Origin: Lama glama
Taxonomy: Eukaryota
Assembly (NCBI GenBank): GCA_028534125.1
Contig: CM052816.1
Span: forward strand, 10,788,001 to 10,852,000
Direction: 5' to 3'
Length of the DNA stretch: 64,000 nucleotides
The notes under the pieces: generated by a model
Told to the model about the DNA's origin: nothing
The model's database searches: none
Seen by the model: only the letters and a program-made list of their open reading frames with translations
Program-made: the position numbers and the translations under genes
Part shown: piece after piece, positions 25,436-38,535 of the stretch
Layout of the letters: each line of letters starts with the position of its first letter
Numbering within the stretch: the first letter of the stretch is position 1

Positions 25436-26793
25436 AATCTGTGGTGTTTTGCAAGTGTCTTTGAGCAGTTTCTAATATTGTAGTGTAAGATTTGCTTTTT
25501 CTGGCTGTTTCACCCCAGACAGTTTGCTCCTCCAAGGAAGGGACTTTGTTGTGTTAGTATTTGTTTTCCATGTTGAGCACGCATGCTAGTTATGCTGTTA
25601 ATATAATATAGACTGTTACTTGACTCCAAAATCATTGATGATAGTGACTTTTACTGATAGTTTTATGGGGAGACTGTGGGCAGGGGTACATCACACGAAC
25701 CACCTTCTCTTTTCTCTCTCCCATGTCTTGCCCATTTGCCCCCCAAGTCTCAGGTATTTTCTCCCTCCTCTTCACCTACACATCCACTCTGAAATCCTCT
25801 TTCCCCCTCCTTTGTCCTGAGAAAATCAGCTGATGCCCTCAGATTCCACCCTACACAGCAAAACAGAAGTCTCACAGTGATCTGAACAGCAGTTACCTTT
25901 TGTTCCTCAAGCATGCTCCTTGGGGACCTGAGCTCATTCCAACATATTTGAATGAATAAATCACAGCATAGATGTTATCTCGGTCCCAACTGATCCGAGC
26001 CCTTCTTTCATTTTATTCATTTATTCAACAGATACTTATTAATGTTTGTGCCAGGTGCCAGGGACACAACATTCAGTGAGATTGATTTCCTGATGCTAGG
26101 GTCTCTGGGAGAAACTCAGGAGGATGAATGAATACGGTGGTTTGTTGAGTCTAAACCCTAGAGCAGAGAGATTTGCTTCTGTGGTTGCAGGGGATCTAAT
26201 GGTAAACCAGTGGGCTGTGTTTCAATAATACCCTTCACCAGGTTTTAAAGGACTTTTCCAAATTACGTAAGGTAAAGATTGTAGGTTTAGCTGCCCAAAC
26301 TCAACCTCCTGACTTTGAAAAACAGTGATTGTTTTTAACCAGGGTGTGCTAAAGAGAAAAAGTTGATAAGTGTGAAATTTACCATCGCCTCTCAAAGTTG
26401 AAGCTGAACTGTACTTTATAGATGTTCAGAGGACTTTTTTTTTTCTTTCTCTTCCAAAACACAAAATAGAGCTGGACTCAGAGGAAGCCAGCATGGAGCC
26501 GAACCACACGAGAAAGTCAGAGGCAACTCCAGAAATGCTGACACAACAGCCTTGGAGGCAAGAGAGAGACAAATTCCCACACCAGCTGGGAAAGCAGGCT
26601 TCCATGAAGCCTATTCCGTTGTAACGCTGCCTCCTAGAGCAGAGGTGGGAAAAAGAGTCGGCTGCTCTGCTCCTTAACCACGGGGGCTAGAGGAAGAAAA
26701 CGATTTAATGGTTAGGTCAGAGGTGTTTTGTGTTGTTGAAATAGGACCTTATTATCTTACCAGTCAAGGTTTGAGCTTTAAGAAAGGAAAATA

Positions 26794-27131
26794 TAGGGAT
26801 TGGAAACTGGGGACCCATGAGCTGAACTCCACCCAGGGATGGCTTTTGTTTGGCCAGTGTAGAGTTGGCCCACTATTTACATATTTTTTAATAAGTTGCC
26901 ACCATTTAAAAATCAGATGAATTTTAAAATATCCGTATTTTCATCTTCCCTTGAAAACTCTGATCCTCTGGCCACAGTGAATACATAGATCCTTCTTGGC
27001 CACAGGTAGCTAGAATCGGGGACGGCTACCCTCCCGTAGATCATGTCTGAGAACTCCAGGCTACCCCAGTCCCCTCCCAGCCTGCTCTGCTCATGGAAGT
27101 TACCTGCCTGGCATTTGAGTTTGCAACCCTC
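26794..27131. mobile_element. MER102-like hAT-Charlie DNA transposon
   Basis: TIR pair AGGGATTGGAAACT / AGTTTGCAACCCT. Internal GTTGCCACCATTTAAAAATCAG and GTTACCTGCCTGGCATTTGAG. Confidence 0.75.
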
Positions 27132-27199
27132 AACACAGGCCATGGGAAAGAAAATAACTGAGTGATTACAAGCACTATTTTCATTTGTTTGATTTTGGA

Positions 27200-27395
27200 C
27201 AAACCTAAAGTTCAATCCTAGATCCACTACTTAAGAGCCCAGTGACCTTAGGGCAAATCCCTAACCTCCTGATGCTTTAGTTTCTTCATCTGCAAAATGG
27301 GGATTTGTTAAGATAAATGGGGATTTGTTAAGATAAACCCTAGAAAGCATTTTGCATCGGGCTGGGGTTGGAATAATCATTAAGTAAATAACACG
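27200..27395 (+). mobile_element. MIR SINE with internal 20-bp tandem duplication
   Basis: GTGACCTTAGGGCAAAT...TTTCTTCATCTGCAAAATGGGGAT. Confidence 0.8.
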
Positions 27396-29519
27396 AGTCA
27401 TTGTTAGTTTGATCATAAAAGTTCCCTGAGGTGGTTGAATTAAAGAGAATTGTAGAGGTCCTATTCTTACATTGCTCTCAGGAGTCTTTTCTCTTTCTCT
27501 AAAGACTGATCTGTAATAAGAAGGAACTTGCTAGGTTACATCATACTCAATTGTGTCTTCATTTTTTGCTCTGCCAGCTTGGGGGGCTGTGGGGAGAGAG
27601 AGGAAGCGTCAAACCCAATCACCCCTCTCTGAATGACATTGAGAAGCATTACCATGGATGAAGGATAAAACAAGTTGTGAAAAAAAGTGGAGTTATTAAC
27701 TAAGAGCTGGGAGAAAGCAGAGGGTAACATAGATATCTTCAGTTGCCTGTAAGTGACCCGGCCCCAGAGAACAGCAAATTGGCAGTGGTTATCATCGGCT
27801 CCTTGGGTGGACTAAGCACTGTGCCAGCCAGAGGTTTCAGGAAATGGCAACATTTTCCTTATCAGGATGTGGGATAAACAGGAAGATGCCAACTTCCTAA
27901 CTGATACCTGACTGACTATCTCAGGGAGCACTTAACTTGACAACCTGGGTGAACCACAATGATGCATTCGAAGTAGTGTTTACGGAAGCCTGTGCCACAG
28001 AAAAGTGAAGAGAAAGGGAGTGGGATTGGGAGCTGTTGTAGGGTCATCCAAAAGCTCAGAAATGGCCAATAGGAGGAAGTTCTTCTCAAAAGTATTCTGT
28101 GCACAGGTGGGTGTTTTTCGGTTTCTGTGTGCTTCTCTCTTTGCAGTCCTGGGTTCCACAAGTTGATTCTTCATCCTCTTTTATTCATTTCTGAATGTAT
28201 TTCTAACTTACGTGCATCCAGTCCTTAAATTTCATGATTCTTACTTGTCACTATTCTTAAGGCTGAACTCAACAGGAAACTGGTATTCTGTAAAGTTAAA
28301 GTAATGGAACCTTCTTGCATGAGGTGGAGATATTTACCTTAATCTAAACACAGACAGCGTCTTAATGTCTATTTGGCACTCATTCTTCTTAAGAACTGAA
28401 ATCTACGAGAAAATAAATTGTGTTGCTATGTTTGTCAATCTGATCTAGCACTTTAATAGTAAATTTAAAACTGATACATAGTTACATTGTATGTGTTTAG
28501 AATTCTAATTCTGAATTGATGTTAATTCTGGTTTGCCTTCTCCTGAAGTTGTGATACTTACTGAAGATGTAAAGAGGATAAATAAGATTGTAGTGGAAGA
28601 AATGTTCACTACTTCCAAGGGGGCATGTCTTGAATTAACTTTCTTTTGGTGTTACTAGTGCTAGTATGTTTCTTACTTGATTAAAATGGGTCTTGAAGAA
28701 TTTTCATTTATAGCAGTTTTTCAGGGTGATATGGAAACATCTTTGACAGAAAATAATGACTACTTTTCTTATACAGATGCATCAAAATTCATTCTATTGG
28801 GAGACAAAAGACTAAACTTCTCACCTTCTTTGTTGTAGTCAAGAGATTCCATGTGAAATTTTAGGTAGGTGGGTGAATAAATGGATAGATAGATAGCTCG
28901 TCATTGAGAAAAACTTCTTTGCACGTAGTTTCATAATACAGACAAAATTGGAAGTTGGATGCAGTGTCAGGGGAAAATTAGATTGAAACATTCTGTTTTC
29001 TTATTTCCATTTAAAGAGTGAAAGGATACATTTTTAACCAGCCTGTTCTCGGCTTCAGAGGTTTTGAGGTATCCTCATCAACCCTTCACCACTGCAGGAC
29101 ATCGTCTTCCTTTGTGGGACAAGTTGTGTAGATCCAGGAATTACCTGCTAACCACAGACACGAAAGGGCACACTCAGGAAGATGCGTCTGCACACTCCTG
29201 TCTTATTTCTCCCTGGTGCTCTCGCGATGTGATCACTAAGGCAGAAGCGCAGCTTCTTACTCTTCCTATCCCCCAGCAAGATAAAGACGAAATTCCTGGA
29301 GAGCCCTGGGGTGGAAGTGATGCTTCGTGATTAAAGCCCCTCAGAGGCTTCGTCTCCTGTTCATGGGAAATCATCGCAGGGACGAGCATGTGTGTTGTCT
29401 GCAATCCCATGTCTGTTGACAGTTGCAAAGAAAGGCGCCCACCTTCGAGAAGTTTCTTTTGTGTTCAATGAGTGTTTTTTAAAACTACAGCCTCTGACAT
29501 TCATTATTTCTAAAATAAC

Positions 29520-30170
29520 ATGGTTCTCACTGACTATAAAAACTGTGGCCTGTAAAAAACAAGAAAAAAATGCAGGAAAGCATATGTGGAAAAAAGTTTA
29601 AATAATCTATGCTACTTAATCAACAACTGAAGAGAAAATGATAGGTCAGAAACAAGGGATCCTTAAAGCACTCAGAGATAAGTTCTGTGAACATTTTCTG
29701 GGAAATGTCTGTTTCCTTATTCCACACGCATATATATTTTTAACAAAGCGAGGGTTTATGCTGTCCTACACGACACCTTATACAGAGCCCATAACATTTC
29801 CAGCAATAACATCTGAAAATCCTTATTTCAGCCTGGTTGATGATTCACTGTAACCTGAGTTATAAATTAAACTTGAGGATGAGACCATGGCCATGTGTCC
29901 AGCTGTCACAAAAACAGATCACAAACATGTCTTAAGTATTCCTCTATCACAAGACTTTTCTGTATAATAATCTACTCTGTAAATGTACCTTGATTTATTT
30001 AACAGAGCTTCTGTTCTTAGACACTTGGTTGTTTCCAGTTAGTATCGTCATAATACTTACTATACCTGCATACTTTTTGCATCTTTGGGGGAAATTTCCT
30101 AAAAGCTGAATTAGGGTCAGAATCTGTGGCAACAGTTTTAAGGAATTTTTTCTGTATTGATAAATTATCC
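29520..30170 (-). mobile_element. Very old L1ME-like fragments
   Basis: GACACTTGGTTGTTTCCAGTT and AAATTTCCTAAAAGCTGAATTAGGGTCAG motifs. Confidence 0.45.
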
Positions 30171-31324
30171 TATTTCCATGTTCCTATCTACACTGCCTCC
30201 TCTTCCATCTCTCTTTATCTCTTTCTTTCTTCGTCCCTTCCTTTTCTGTCTCTCTCTCTCTCACACACACACACCCCCCAAGTCTCCTCAGTTGTATCAG
30301 CATTTGATTTAGAGAAATAACCAAGGGGAGTTCAGAAACCAAGGTGGTCACCATACATGAAGCACAGATTGGAAAACTACGAATCAACTCTGTAAAACAA
30401 AGTGGGCAAGATAGAAAACAATTCTTGCAGTGTTAGATTTGGAGGATTCCCATGCCCTTCGTTGCAGTGTGTTTTGTGCAATGAGTGAAAAATCAAGGTA
30501 AGGTGAGAGCAAACCAAAATTCAGCTAAGAATTGGAGGAGTCAGGTAGTCATTGACAAGTCAGGCTGAAGTATCTAGGACCGTGAGCCGTCTCATTGGAC
30601 TGTCACTTTGTAAGTCAGGGCAAGATCATGGGTATGCCAGAGGCAGCTGCCTTAGGGGGAACTTCTGCATCCTGAGCATGCTAGATTAATCCTGAAACTG
30701 AGATTCTCTAAATGTAAAGAGGGTTCAGAATGATATCTTTATTTGGATTTGAAGCAACAGTGTTAAGACCCTCAGTATCCACATTCTGATTCACTGTGAC
30801 AGTGGATGGGAAGAATCTGGGTTGGTCCAAAGTTCACTTCGTTCATAGCATCTTCCTTCTCACTTTATTTGAATCTCATTTCAATTTTATCTGGTTCAAA
30901 GGAACTCTTTTCATAAAGTGTCACAGTAGGGCAATACCGATTCTGTGAGACATTGTGATGTGATAGATTGAAAGGAAATTTTATTTTTCCATTGGTAATA
31001 ATTAAGCAGTATATACTTTTTTTCTTACATTTTTGTCCTGTTTTTCAGTTTATGTCACTATGTTCTACTTTCAGGGAAAATGCCTTGCCTGGGGGTTATA
31101 TGGAGCCAGGCACTCAGACAAAATTTGAAATGCATCCATTTTCCAAATATCCAGATGTTTGTGTTCATGCAGACTGAATATCCAGGTGGTCAAGTGACTG
31201 CACGCATTTGGATAGTTGGCATCACACAGGCAACTGTAATGCCCAAGTTTTCCTCTTTAAGCATGTAATTCAGTAGACACACTTTCACATCTGCTCATGA
31301 TGAGTTTGAGAATTAAGAGAGAGA

Positions 31325-31575
31325 TAGGATAACACAGTGGCGAAGAGCAAAATTTTAGGCTTACACCTGGACTGACTTGACACTGCCAATGCTAGCTGTG
31401 CAATTTGGGGCCAGGTTTACCTGGTGTGTCAGTTTTTGTTTCCTTACTTGTAACATGGGGATAATAAATAACACATAAACATTATGGTGATGCTGCCCAT
31501 GAGAGGAGGTAGTTATATATATAAGGAGGTCAGCACAGTCCAGAGCAGATAGGAGGTGTTCTGTCAGTAGCGTTA
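31325..31575 (+). mobile_element. MIR SINE
   Basis: CAGTGGCGAAGAGC...CTAGCTGTG...TGTAACATGGGGATAATAA. Confidence 0.75.
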
Positions 31576-34320
31576 ACGGGTCTCACCATCACCGTCTGGG
31601 ATGTGGATGAGAATTAGAAGGAGGTGATTCATTTTGACACGGAAGACTATACCCTCCCAGGGCCATAGATATTCCTATCCTTCTGTGCAATTCAATCAAC
31701 ATGTGTGACGTCTTCACCGTTTTAAATGAGATGAGATATATGTGACTGAGTGAATGAACGAACAAAGTGGATACCAATAATGTACTGTGTTCTAGATAGT
31801 ATTGGGGATAGACTCTGAAGAATAGAAAGAGAGCGTTTTTTTTTTTTTAAAGGATCAGCAACTGAGGAAGAACATCTAACCAGAGCAAATGTCCGCAGCA
31901 GGAAGCATGGTGGTTAATTCTTTCCATTTCATACATCAACAGGCATTTGAGGTTCTCTTCTGATCAGGTGCTAGAACAGAGCATGGGATGTTTGGAGGAA
32001 ATGAGGAGCAATCTCGTTTGGCTCTAGCATAGGATGGGGAGGGGAGGATGCCAAAGATAAAGGCCAAAAATGTCCTACACAGAGTTTGGGTTTTATTCTG
32101 GCAAGTTGAAGGAGTCACGTTTGTTACTGGACAGTCAGCCTTTAATGTCTGAACCAGCACAGCATCCTTTGTATCCCTGGCACCATGGGCAGTCAGCTAA
32201 CGCTGGTTCTCAGGTTTAGGAAAGGAGAGATGATCATTGTTCATTGGTTTTATTGTTATCTTCCTGACTGTAGAAATTTTGTACATGATTTCAATGATTC
32301 AAAAGATAAAATATCCCACAGTCAATTCATTGATTTATTCCTGCAACAGATATTTTTTAAACAAGTACAATTTCCCAGATTTTATGTTAGGCACCGATCC
32401 CAGAGATAATTAAGGCTTTTGTTTCCCCCGTAGGTCTACAAAGTGTTTGGCACATAACAGGTCCAAAATAAAACTGTAGTTTTGTATTAAAGGAACAAGC
32501 ATTTTACTGTGGGAGAAAAAAAATCTACTCCCCTGTTATATCATTCTTTGTGATTTTGTTTCTAAAATGATTAGACTGGGCCACTCTATGAAATACCTAA
32601 AAAGCTACTTAATTTAGTGTCCAGACTCTCCAATTCTAACAGAAACTAAAATGTATCCCCTAGAACTCAGAAGCAGGCTCTGCCTTCATCCTCAGCTTTG
32701 TCCACAATGCGTAGTATTAATGTAGGAAATTCTACTGTCTATTCAGACATTGGACTGAGCAGAGGGAGGGAGGCACACTCCTGCCTTTTGCAGGGCCTCT
32801 GACTTTCTAGCAGTCACATCTCAAAATCTTCATTTCAGTCTAGCTAATTATGCAGGACAACCTGAGCCAGTAAATTGAACCTGGGGATGAGACTATGACC
32901 AAGCGCGCATCTGTAACATTTATGAGCTATAAGGTCATTGCTGAAAACAGCAAGGAACATAGTTGTAATAGACTGTGGGCCTCTAAGGAAATTATTAATT
33001 AAATTTTATCTTCTCCCCGGCATGCTTCAGTGCCACCACTATGAGTCTTTTAGGCCCGGGGAAACTACACCTCGGTAATAACTGGCCTTATCATCGGGCT
33101 GGCAGTCATTTAATTACACTCCTTTGTCTGACACCAATCATGAACTGCAGTGTGGGATGTCAAGGTTTCTGCAGATGCCAATTGCATGCCTTGCTGTCCA
33201 TCAGGCCCCGGGTTCAGATCTCGTGATAGGAAGTCCAAGAGTCAAGAGCAAGCAGAGTAATCCATTTTCTAGAAACAAGATGTGGACGGAGTCCTGTTTC
33301 CAGCGCCCTTCAGTTCCTAGAGTTATTATCACCAGAGGAGCTCAAATCACTCTCAAAAGACCAGAGCGAAAGGGATTCAAGTGTCACTGGGTTGACACTA
33401 TCTAGTTGGAGTGCTATTTTTGAGTCTCTGGCTTAAAGTGCAAGCTTGACTAGGAGAATCCGAGCTGAAATGTCATTTCCAACTACTTTCTTTGAGAGAT
33501 TTCCCAGATGGCTTGGCTCAGCCCACGAATCAAATGGCAGTTTCGTTGCCGTTCGTAAGTGCCTGTAGTGTCAGCCAGCTGTGTTCCTCCTGCCCCATGC
33601 TGGATTCCCCCACCCGGAATGTTTTCTCATCAGCTGGCAGCTCTTCTAAGGACCCACAAAGCAGATTGGAGTCCAGCTCTGTATGTCCATCGACGGGTGG
33701 CCCTGCCCCACTAATGGAGATTTAAGCATCTTCATTTCAGACAAGACAGCAGGTAGAGAGTGAAAGGCACAGATGTTTATGCTTAGATTCTGAGTTTTCC
33801 GAACTGTTACTTAAACATGCCTCCTGTGGCCCAGCTCTGTATTTTGGGCCATTTGCCCCTGCGTTTTAAATCTGAGCCACTCACTCACCTCCTTTCCTCA
33901 CAGTTCTCTTTGTTACAGAAAACTCAGGATGGAGAAAGTCTAGGAGGAGTGAAAATTTAACTTGAGAGGTCTTGACTGAATGCCGGAAAGGGGTGGTATT
34001 TTTATGCCGTCAGTAATATCAAGAATGAATCAGACACAGTCCCGAGGAAGAAAAAAACCAAGAAGTGACAATGCCGACAATAGTCATGACAATTTTTACT
34101 CAAATTGCCTCCAAGTAGGCTGTGTGCTTGAGGTTGGCAGCATGTGGGGAAATTATGTTCGCACCTTTATCATGCCTTTCCTAATCGTGTCACGTGTCTA
34201 GATGCTCTCTTCAGGGACACTTGGGGGCAGACAGAGTCAGGAGAACATTTTTCTACATAGTTTCATAGAGGCATCTGGCCATTTAAGGTCCATTTCTGGT
34301 CCATTTAAAAACCATTTCAA

Positions 34321-34452
34321 TTTCTTGTAGTCACCTATAATGAAAAAGAACATGAAAACAAATGCATGTATATATGTGTGTGACTGAACTATTATGCTGT
34401 ACTCCAGAAACTGACACAACATTGTAAACTGACTGTATGTCAGTTTAAAAAA
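34321..34452 (+). mobile_element. 5'-truncated L1 3' end (same family)
   Basis: CCAGAAACTGACACAACATTGTAAACTGACT followed by poly-A. Degenerate TSD AAAAACCATTTCAA (34307-34320) / AAAAACTATTTTAA (34453-34466). Confidence 0.85.
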
Positions 34453-34664
34453 AAAAACTATTTTAAGGTGATCACTTTATGCAACCTGAAAAGCTCTCTG
34501 GACATTTCAGGCAGGACGTGGATAACAGAGTATTTTCAGTGAAGTCATCATCAAATCAGGAACTGGAATTGTTACCAGTAGTTCTGGGTGGAACCCAAAG
34601 GGTTGCCACAGCTTCAGGAAGAAAGAAATGGTTTAACCTTGGGAATGTGTTGTTTGTGTCCGGT

Positions 34665-34840
34665 TCTCATAGAAGCTTAGACTTTTAAAAGTAGAAGGTA
34701 GTTTGGACTCACATCTTGCCCAACATCCTGCCGTTTGTGTAATTCCTTCTAGGATCTCCCTGCTGAGTGATTATCCAATTTTTTTATGAATAGCCTCAGT
34801 GCTGGAAAATTTAATGCCTCATAGCAGTGCACTCATTTTT
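34665..34840 (-). mobile_element. CR1/L3 3' end, left part (continues at ~37880-37960)
   Basis: TCATAGAAGCTTAGAC...ATCTTGCCCAAC...TGAATAGCCTCAGTGCTGGAAAATT resembles the antisense L3 3' end. Confidence 0.55.
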
Positions 34841-35090
34841 AACAAATGTTTATATCTTTTTATTAATAGATTAGGCAGAATTAGTATATATTAATTAATA
34901 TTAACTAATAAATTGATGAAGGCAATGTAATCAATTAAATTTTAACTGTTGTAGCTGTCTTAGCCAAAAATCTATCTAAATTCCAACACTCAGAGTACTT
35001 TTTCTTTTCTAAATAATGCATACAAAAGTTTTGAATGGTTTTGTATATGTAATAGTATGGTGGTATTACTAATCTCAACAATGAAATTGC

Positions 35091-36490
35091 TTCTTTATTG
35101 TGATAAAATGTATATAACATAAGATTTACCATTTTAACCATTTGAAGTGTACAATTCACTGGCATTAATTACAGTCACAATGTTATGCGTCTACCCCTAC
35201 TATTTCCAAAAATTTTCATTAGCCCAGACAGAAACTTTATACCCATTGAGTAGTGGTTTCTCATTTCTTCCTCCTCCTTATCCCTAGTAACCTCTAATCT
35301 TTTTTCTGTCTCTATGAATTTGCCTATTCTAGGTATTTCATGTAAGTGGAATCATAAAATNNNNNNNNNNNNNNNNNNNNNNNNNNNNNNNNNNNNNNNN
35401 NNNNNNNNNNNNNNNNNNNNNNNNNNNNNNNNNNNNNNNNNNNNNNNNNNNNNNNNNNNNNNNNNNNNNNNNNNNNNNNNNNNNNNNNNNNNNNNNNNGT
35501 TGTTCCTACCTCTTGACTATTGTGAATAATGCTCCATGAACATTTGTGTACAAGCAGCTGAGTCCCTGCTTGCAATTCCTTGGGGTACATTGCCAAGTCA
35601 TATATTTCTGTGAATATCCTGTTTCCCCAACAGCATTTGTTGAAGAGACTATTTTTTCTCCATTGTGTATTCTTGGCATCTTTATGTGTGTGTGGGTTTA
35701 ACTCTGGGCTCTCTGTTCTGTTCCATTGGTCTGTGTCTATCACTACATCAGTATCACACTGTTGAATTACTATAGTGTTGTATAATATTTTGAAATCAGG
35801 AATTGTGATGCCTACAGCTTTATTCTTCTTCCTTAAGAGGTCTTTGGCTTATTCTGGGTTTTCTGTGGTTCCATACGAATTTGGGGATTGTTTTCTATTT
35901 CTGTAAAAAATGCCACTGGGATTTTGATGAGGATCATATCGAATCTATAGATCTCTTTGGGTAGTGTAGACATTTTGACAACATTGTCTGCTAATCCATG
36001 AATGTGAAATGTCTGTCTACTTGTTTGTGCTTTCTTTAATTTCTTTCATCAATATTTTGTAGTTTTTGGTGTGATAGTCTTTTACCTGCTTGGTAAAGTT
36101 TATTCCTAAGTATGCCTTTTTATGCTATTGTAAAAGGAATTGTTTTCTTAATTTCTTTTTTAGATACACTGCTAGGCTATAGAAATACAATTGATTTTAA
36201 TGTGTTGATTTTGTATCTTACAACTTTGCTGAATTTGTTTATTCGTTGTAACAAGCTTTTTGTGGATTCTTTAGGTCTTTTTAAGTATAAGATTGTCATA
36301 GTTTTGCTTCTTCCTTTTTGATTTACATGCCTCTTATTTATTTTTCACCTGTTTGCTCCCGCTAGGATTTCCAGTACTATGTTGAGTAGAAGTGATGAGT
36401 GGGCATTCTTGTCTTGTTCCTGATCTTGGAGGAAAAGCTTTCCAACTGTCACCATCGAGTGTGATGTTAGCTGTGGGCTCTTCATAAAAC
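35091..36490 (-). mobile_element. Old L1 (L1MB-like 3' UTR plus ORF2 C-terminal fragments); spans an N gap
   Basis: 3' end TTTATTGTGATAAAATG...TTTACCATTTTAACCATTTGAAGTGTACAATTCA. ORF2 relics IDTDQWNRTESPELNPH..KDAKNTQWRKNSLFNKCCWGN and LLLNIVLEILA appear in the ORF track. Confidence 0.9.
35361..35498. other. Assembly gap (138 N) inside the L1 3' UTR
   Basis: Run of N. Confidence 1.
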
Positions 36491-36509
36491 TTAAACAGTC
36501 CAGAGGAAT

Positions 36510-37860
36510 TTTAGAGCCATTTTCTAGATTTCTACCAAAAAATGCCATTAGAATTTTATAGCAGTTGCACTGAATTTGTATATTACTTTGAGTATGTATA
36601 CCACATTTGAGTAGTGCTATCATCTATAAAATACTGTTTCTTTCTATCCATGAACATCGAATGTCTTCTCATTTATTTTGATCTTTAATTTTTTTCAGCA
36701 GTGTTTTCAGTGTGTGATGTCTTGCATCTCCATGGCTAAATTAATTGCTAAGAATTTTATTCTTTTTATGCTAATATAAATGGACTTATTTTCTTAATTT
36801 CCTTTTTGGATTGCTCATTGCTAATGTATAGAAAAAACTGATTTTTATGTATTGATTTTATATCCTGCAGCTTTTCTGAATTTGATTATTAGAAAAAACA
36901 GGGTTTTTTTTTTCTGAATTCCTTAGCATTTAGAGTTTTTTAGGTCCATGTCATCTATGGATGGAGAAACTTTTACTTTCAGTTTACTTTCCAAATTGGA
37001 TGCCTTTTATTTCTTTTTCTTACCTAATTGCTCTGGCTAGAACTTTCAATATCATGTTAAATAGAAGTGATAAAACAGATATCTTTGTCTTGTTCCTGAT
37101 CTAAGGGGAAAAGTTTTCAATCTTTCACCAGTGAATTGATATTAGTTATGGGTTTTTCGTATGTGACTTTTATTAGGTTCAGGAAATTTTATATCTTCTG
37201 TTCCTAATTTATTGAGTATTTTTATCATGAAAGGGTATTAGATTTTGTCAAATGCTTTGCACTAGTTGAGATGATCATGTGTTTTTTCCCTTCATTTCCT
37301 TCATATATTCCTTTATATTAATGTATATAGTATATTGATTGACTTTCAGGCACTGAACCACCCTTAAAGTCCTAGAATAAATCCACTTGGTCAGGGTGTA
37401 TAATGTTTGTAATATACTGTTGAATTCTTTTTCCTATTAAACTGTTGAGGATTTTTACATCAATATTCATAAGGAATATTAGCCTGTAGTTGGGTTTTGG
37501 TTTTTTTCTTGTAAAGCCTTTGTCTGGCTTTGGTATCACAGTAATGCTGGTGTCATAGAATGAGTAAGGAAGTATATCCTCCTCTCTGGTGTTTTTGGAA
37601 GAGTTTGAGAAGGATTGATATTAATTCTTTAAATGTTTGGTAGAATTCACAGTGATTACATCTTGTTCTGGGCTTTTCTTTGTTTCATTACTGATTCAGT
37701 CTCTTTGTTATGGGTTTATTCAGATTTTCTATTTTTTCTTAAGTCAGTAAAAGGAATTTGTTATCTAGGTTATCCAGCCTTCGATGTACAGTTGTTCACA
37801 GTATACTCTGATAATCTCTTGTATTTCTGTAAGGTTGGTAGTAATGTTTAATGCGTTCCA
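36510..37860 (-). mobile_element. Second old L1 ORF2 (RT region) fragment, overlapping the first in consensus coordinates
   Basis: Typical antisense L1 ORF2 text (TTGTTCCTGATCTAAGGGGAAAAG, TTTTGTCAAATGCTTT, TTTGGAAGAGTTTGAGAAGGATTG). The ~600 bp matching 35885-36485 recurs here. Confidence 0.88.
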
Positions 37861-37994
37861 TTTTTTTTTAATATTTGCCTCATTAGGAAGTTTATTCCTG
37901 ATTTTTACTAAAATCTGGATCCAAGAAGCTTTCTGCTCTTTGGTCTTGGATCTTACTGTATTTTTAATTCAGTTTAAAATAAAAATGTACTACT

Positions 37995-38190
37995 GGTAGT
38001 ACTAATAACAGCATCAGTAATAGCTACTGTTTAGTAAAGCTTTCCATGTGCCAGGCACTGTGCGTGAAACAGTTTACAGTCATCATCTCACTTAATGCTT
38101 ATAACAACCCATGGGGAAGTGATGATCATCTACACTGTCTATTTTTAGGAAAACTAAAACAGTGCAATCAAGTCATTCACCAAGTAAGAG
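37995..38190 (-). mobile_element. MIR SINE
   Basis: ATGTGCCAGGCACTGTG...ATCTCACTTAATGCTTATAACAACCC. Confidence 0.8.
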
Positions 38191-38484
38191 TATTCGAATA
38201 TCTCAGAGAAAGAAAGAAAAAAAAAGAGAGAGATTTCATCTTGCTTGGGTTCATCCAGTGCTTAGGAGTCCACAAAAGTCATGAAGCCTTCAAAATGTAT
38301 GTTTTATCTCATGTTTTGCCTATAAATATTAAGATTTTTCTTGTGGCTGACATTACCAATTAGCACAGGCTGGGACTGTCTTGGGGTGGGGGAAGGGGGA
38401 AGTTGGAAGGATGAAGTATTTGGGGGAAGACAGATCTAGGGGGATAGCCTATCACTGAGTGCTAGAGAACGGACAATCTGGATA

Positions 38485-38487
<3 letters not shown>

Positions 38488-38519
<32 letters not shown>

Positions 38520-38535
38520 CAAACAAACAAACAAA
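38488..38535. repeat. Compound microsatellite (CA)n + (AAAC)n
   Basis: Directly visible. Confidence 0.95.

Noticed and set aside
38371-38400. G-quadruplex-like G runs (also about 10305-10323)
   Set aside because: Isolated, with a long first loop or incomplete fourth tract, and no functional context.
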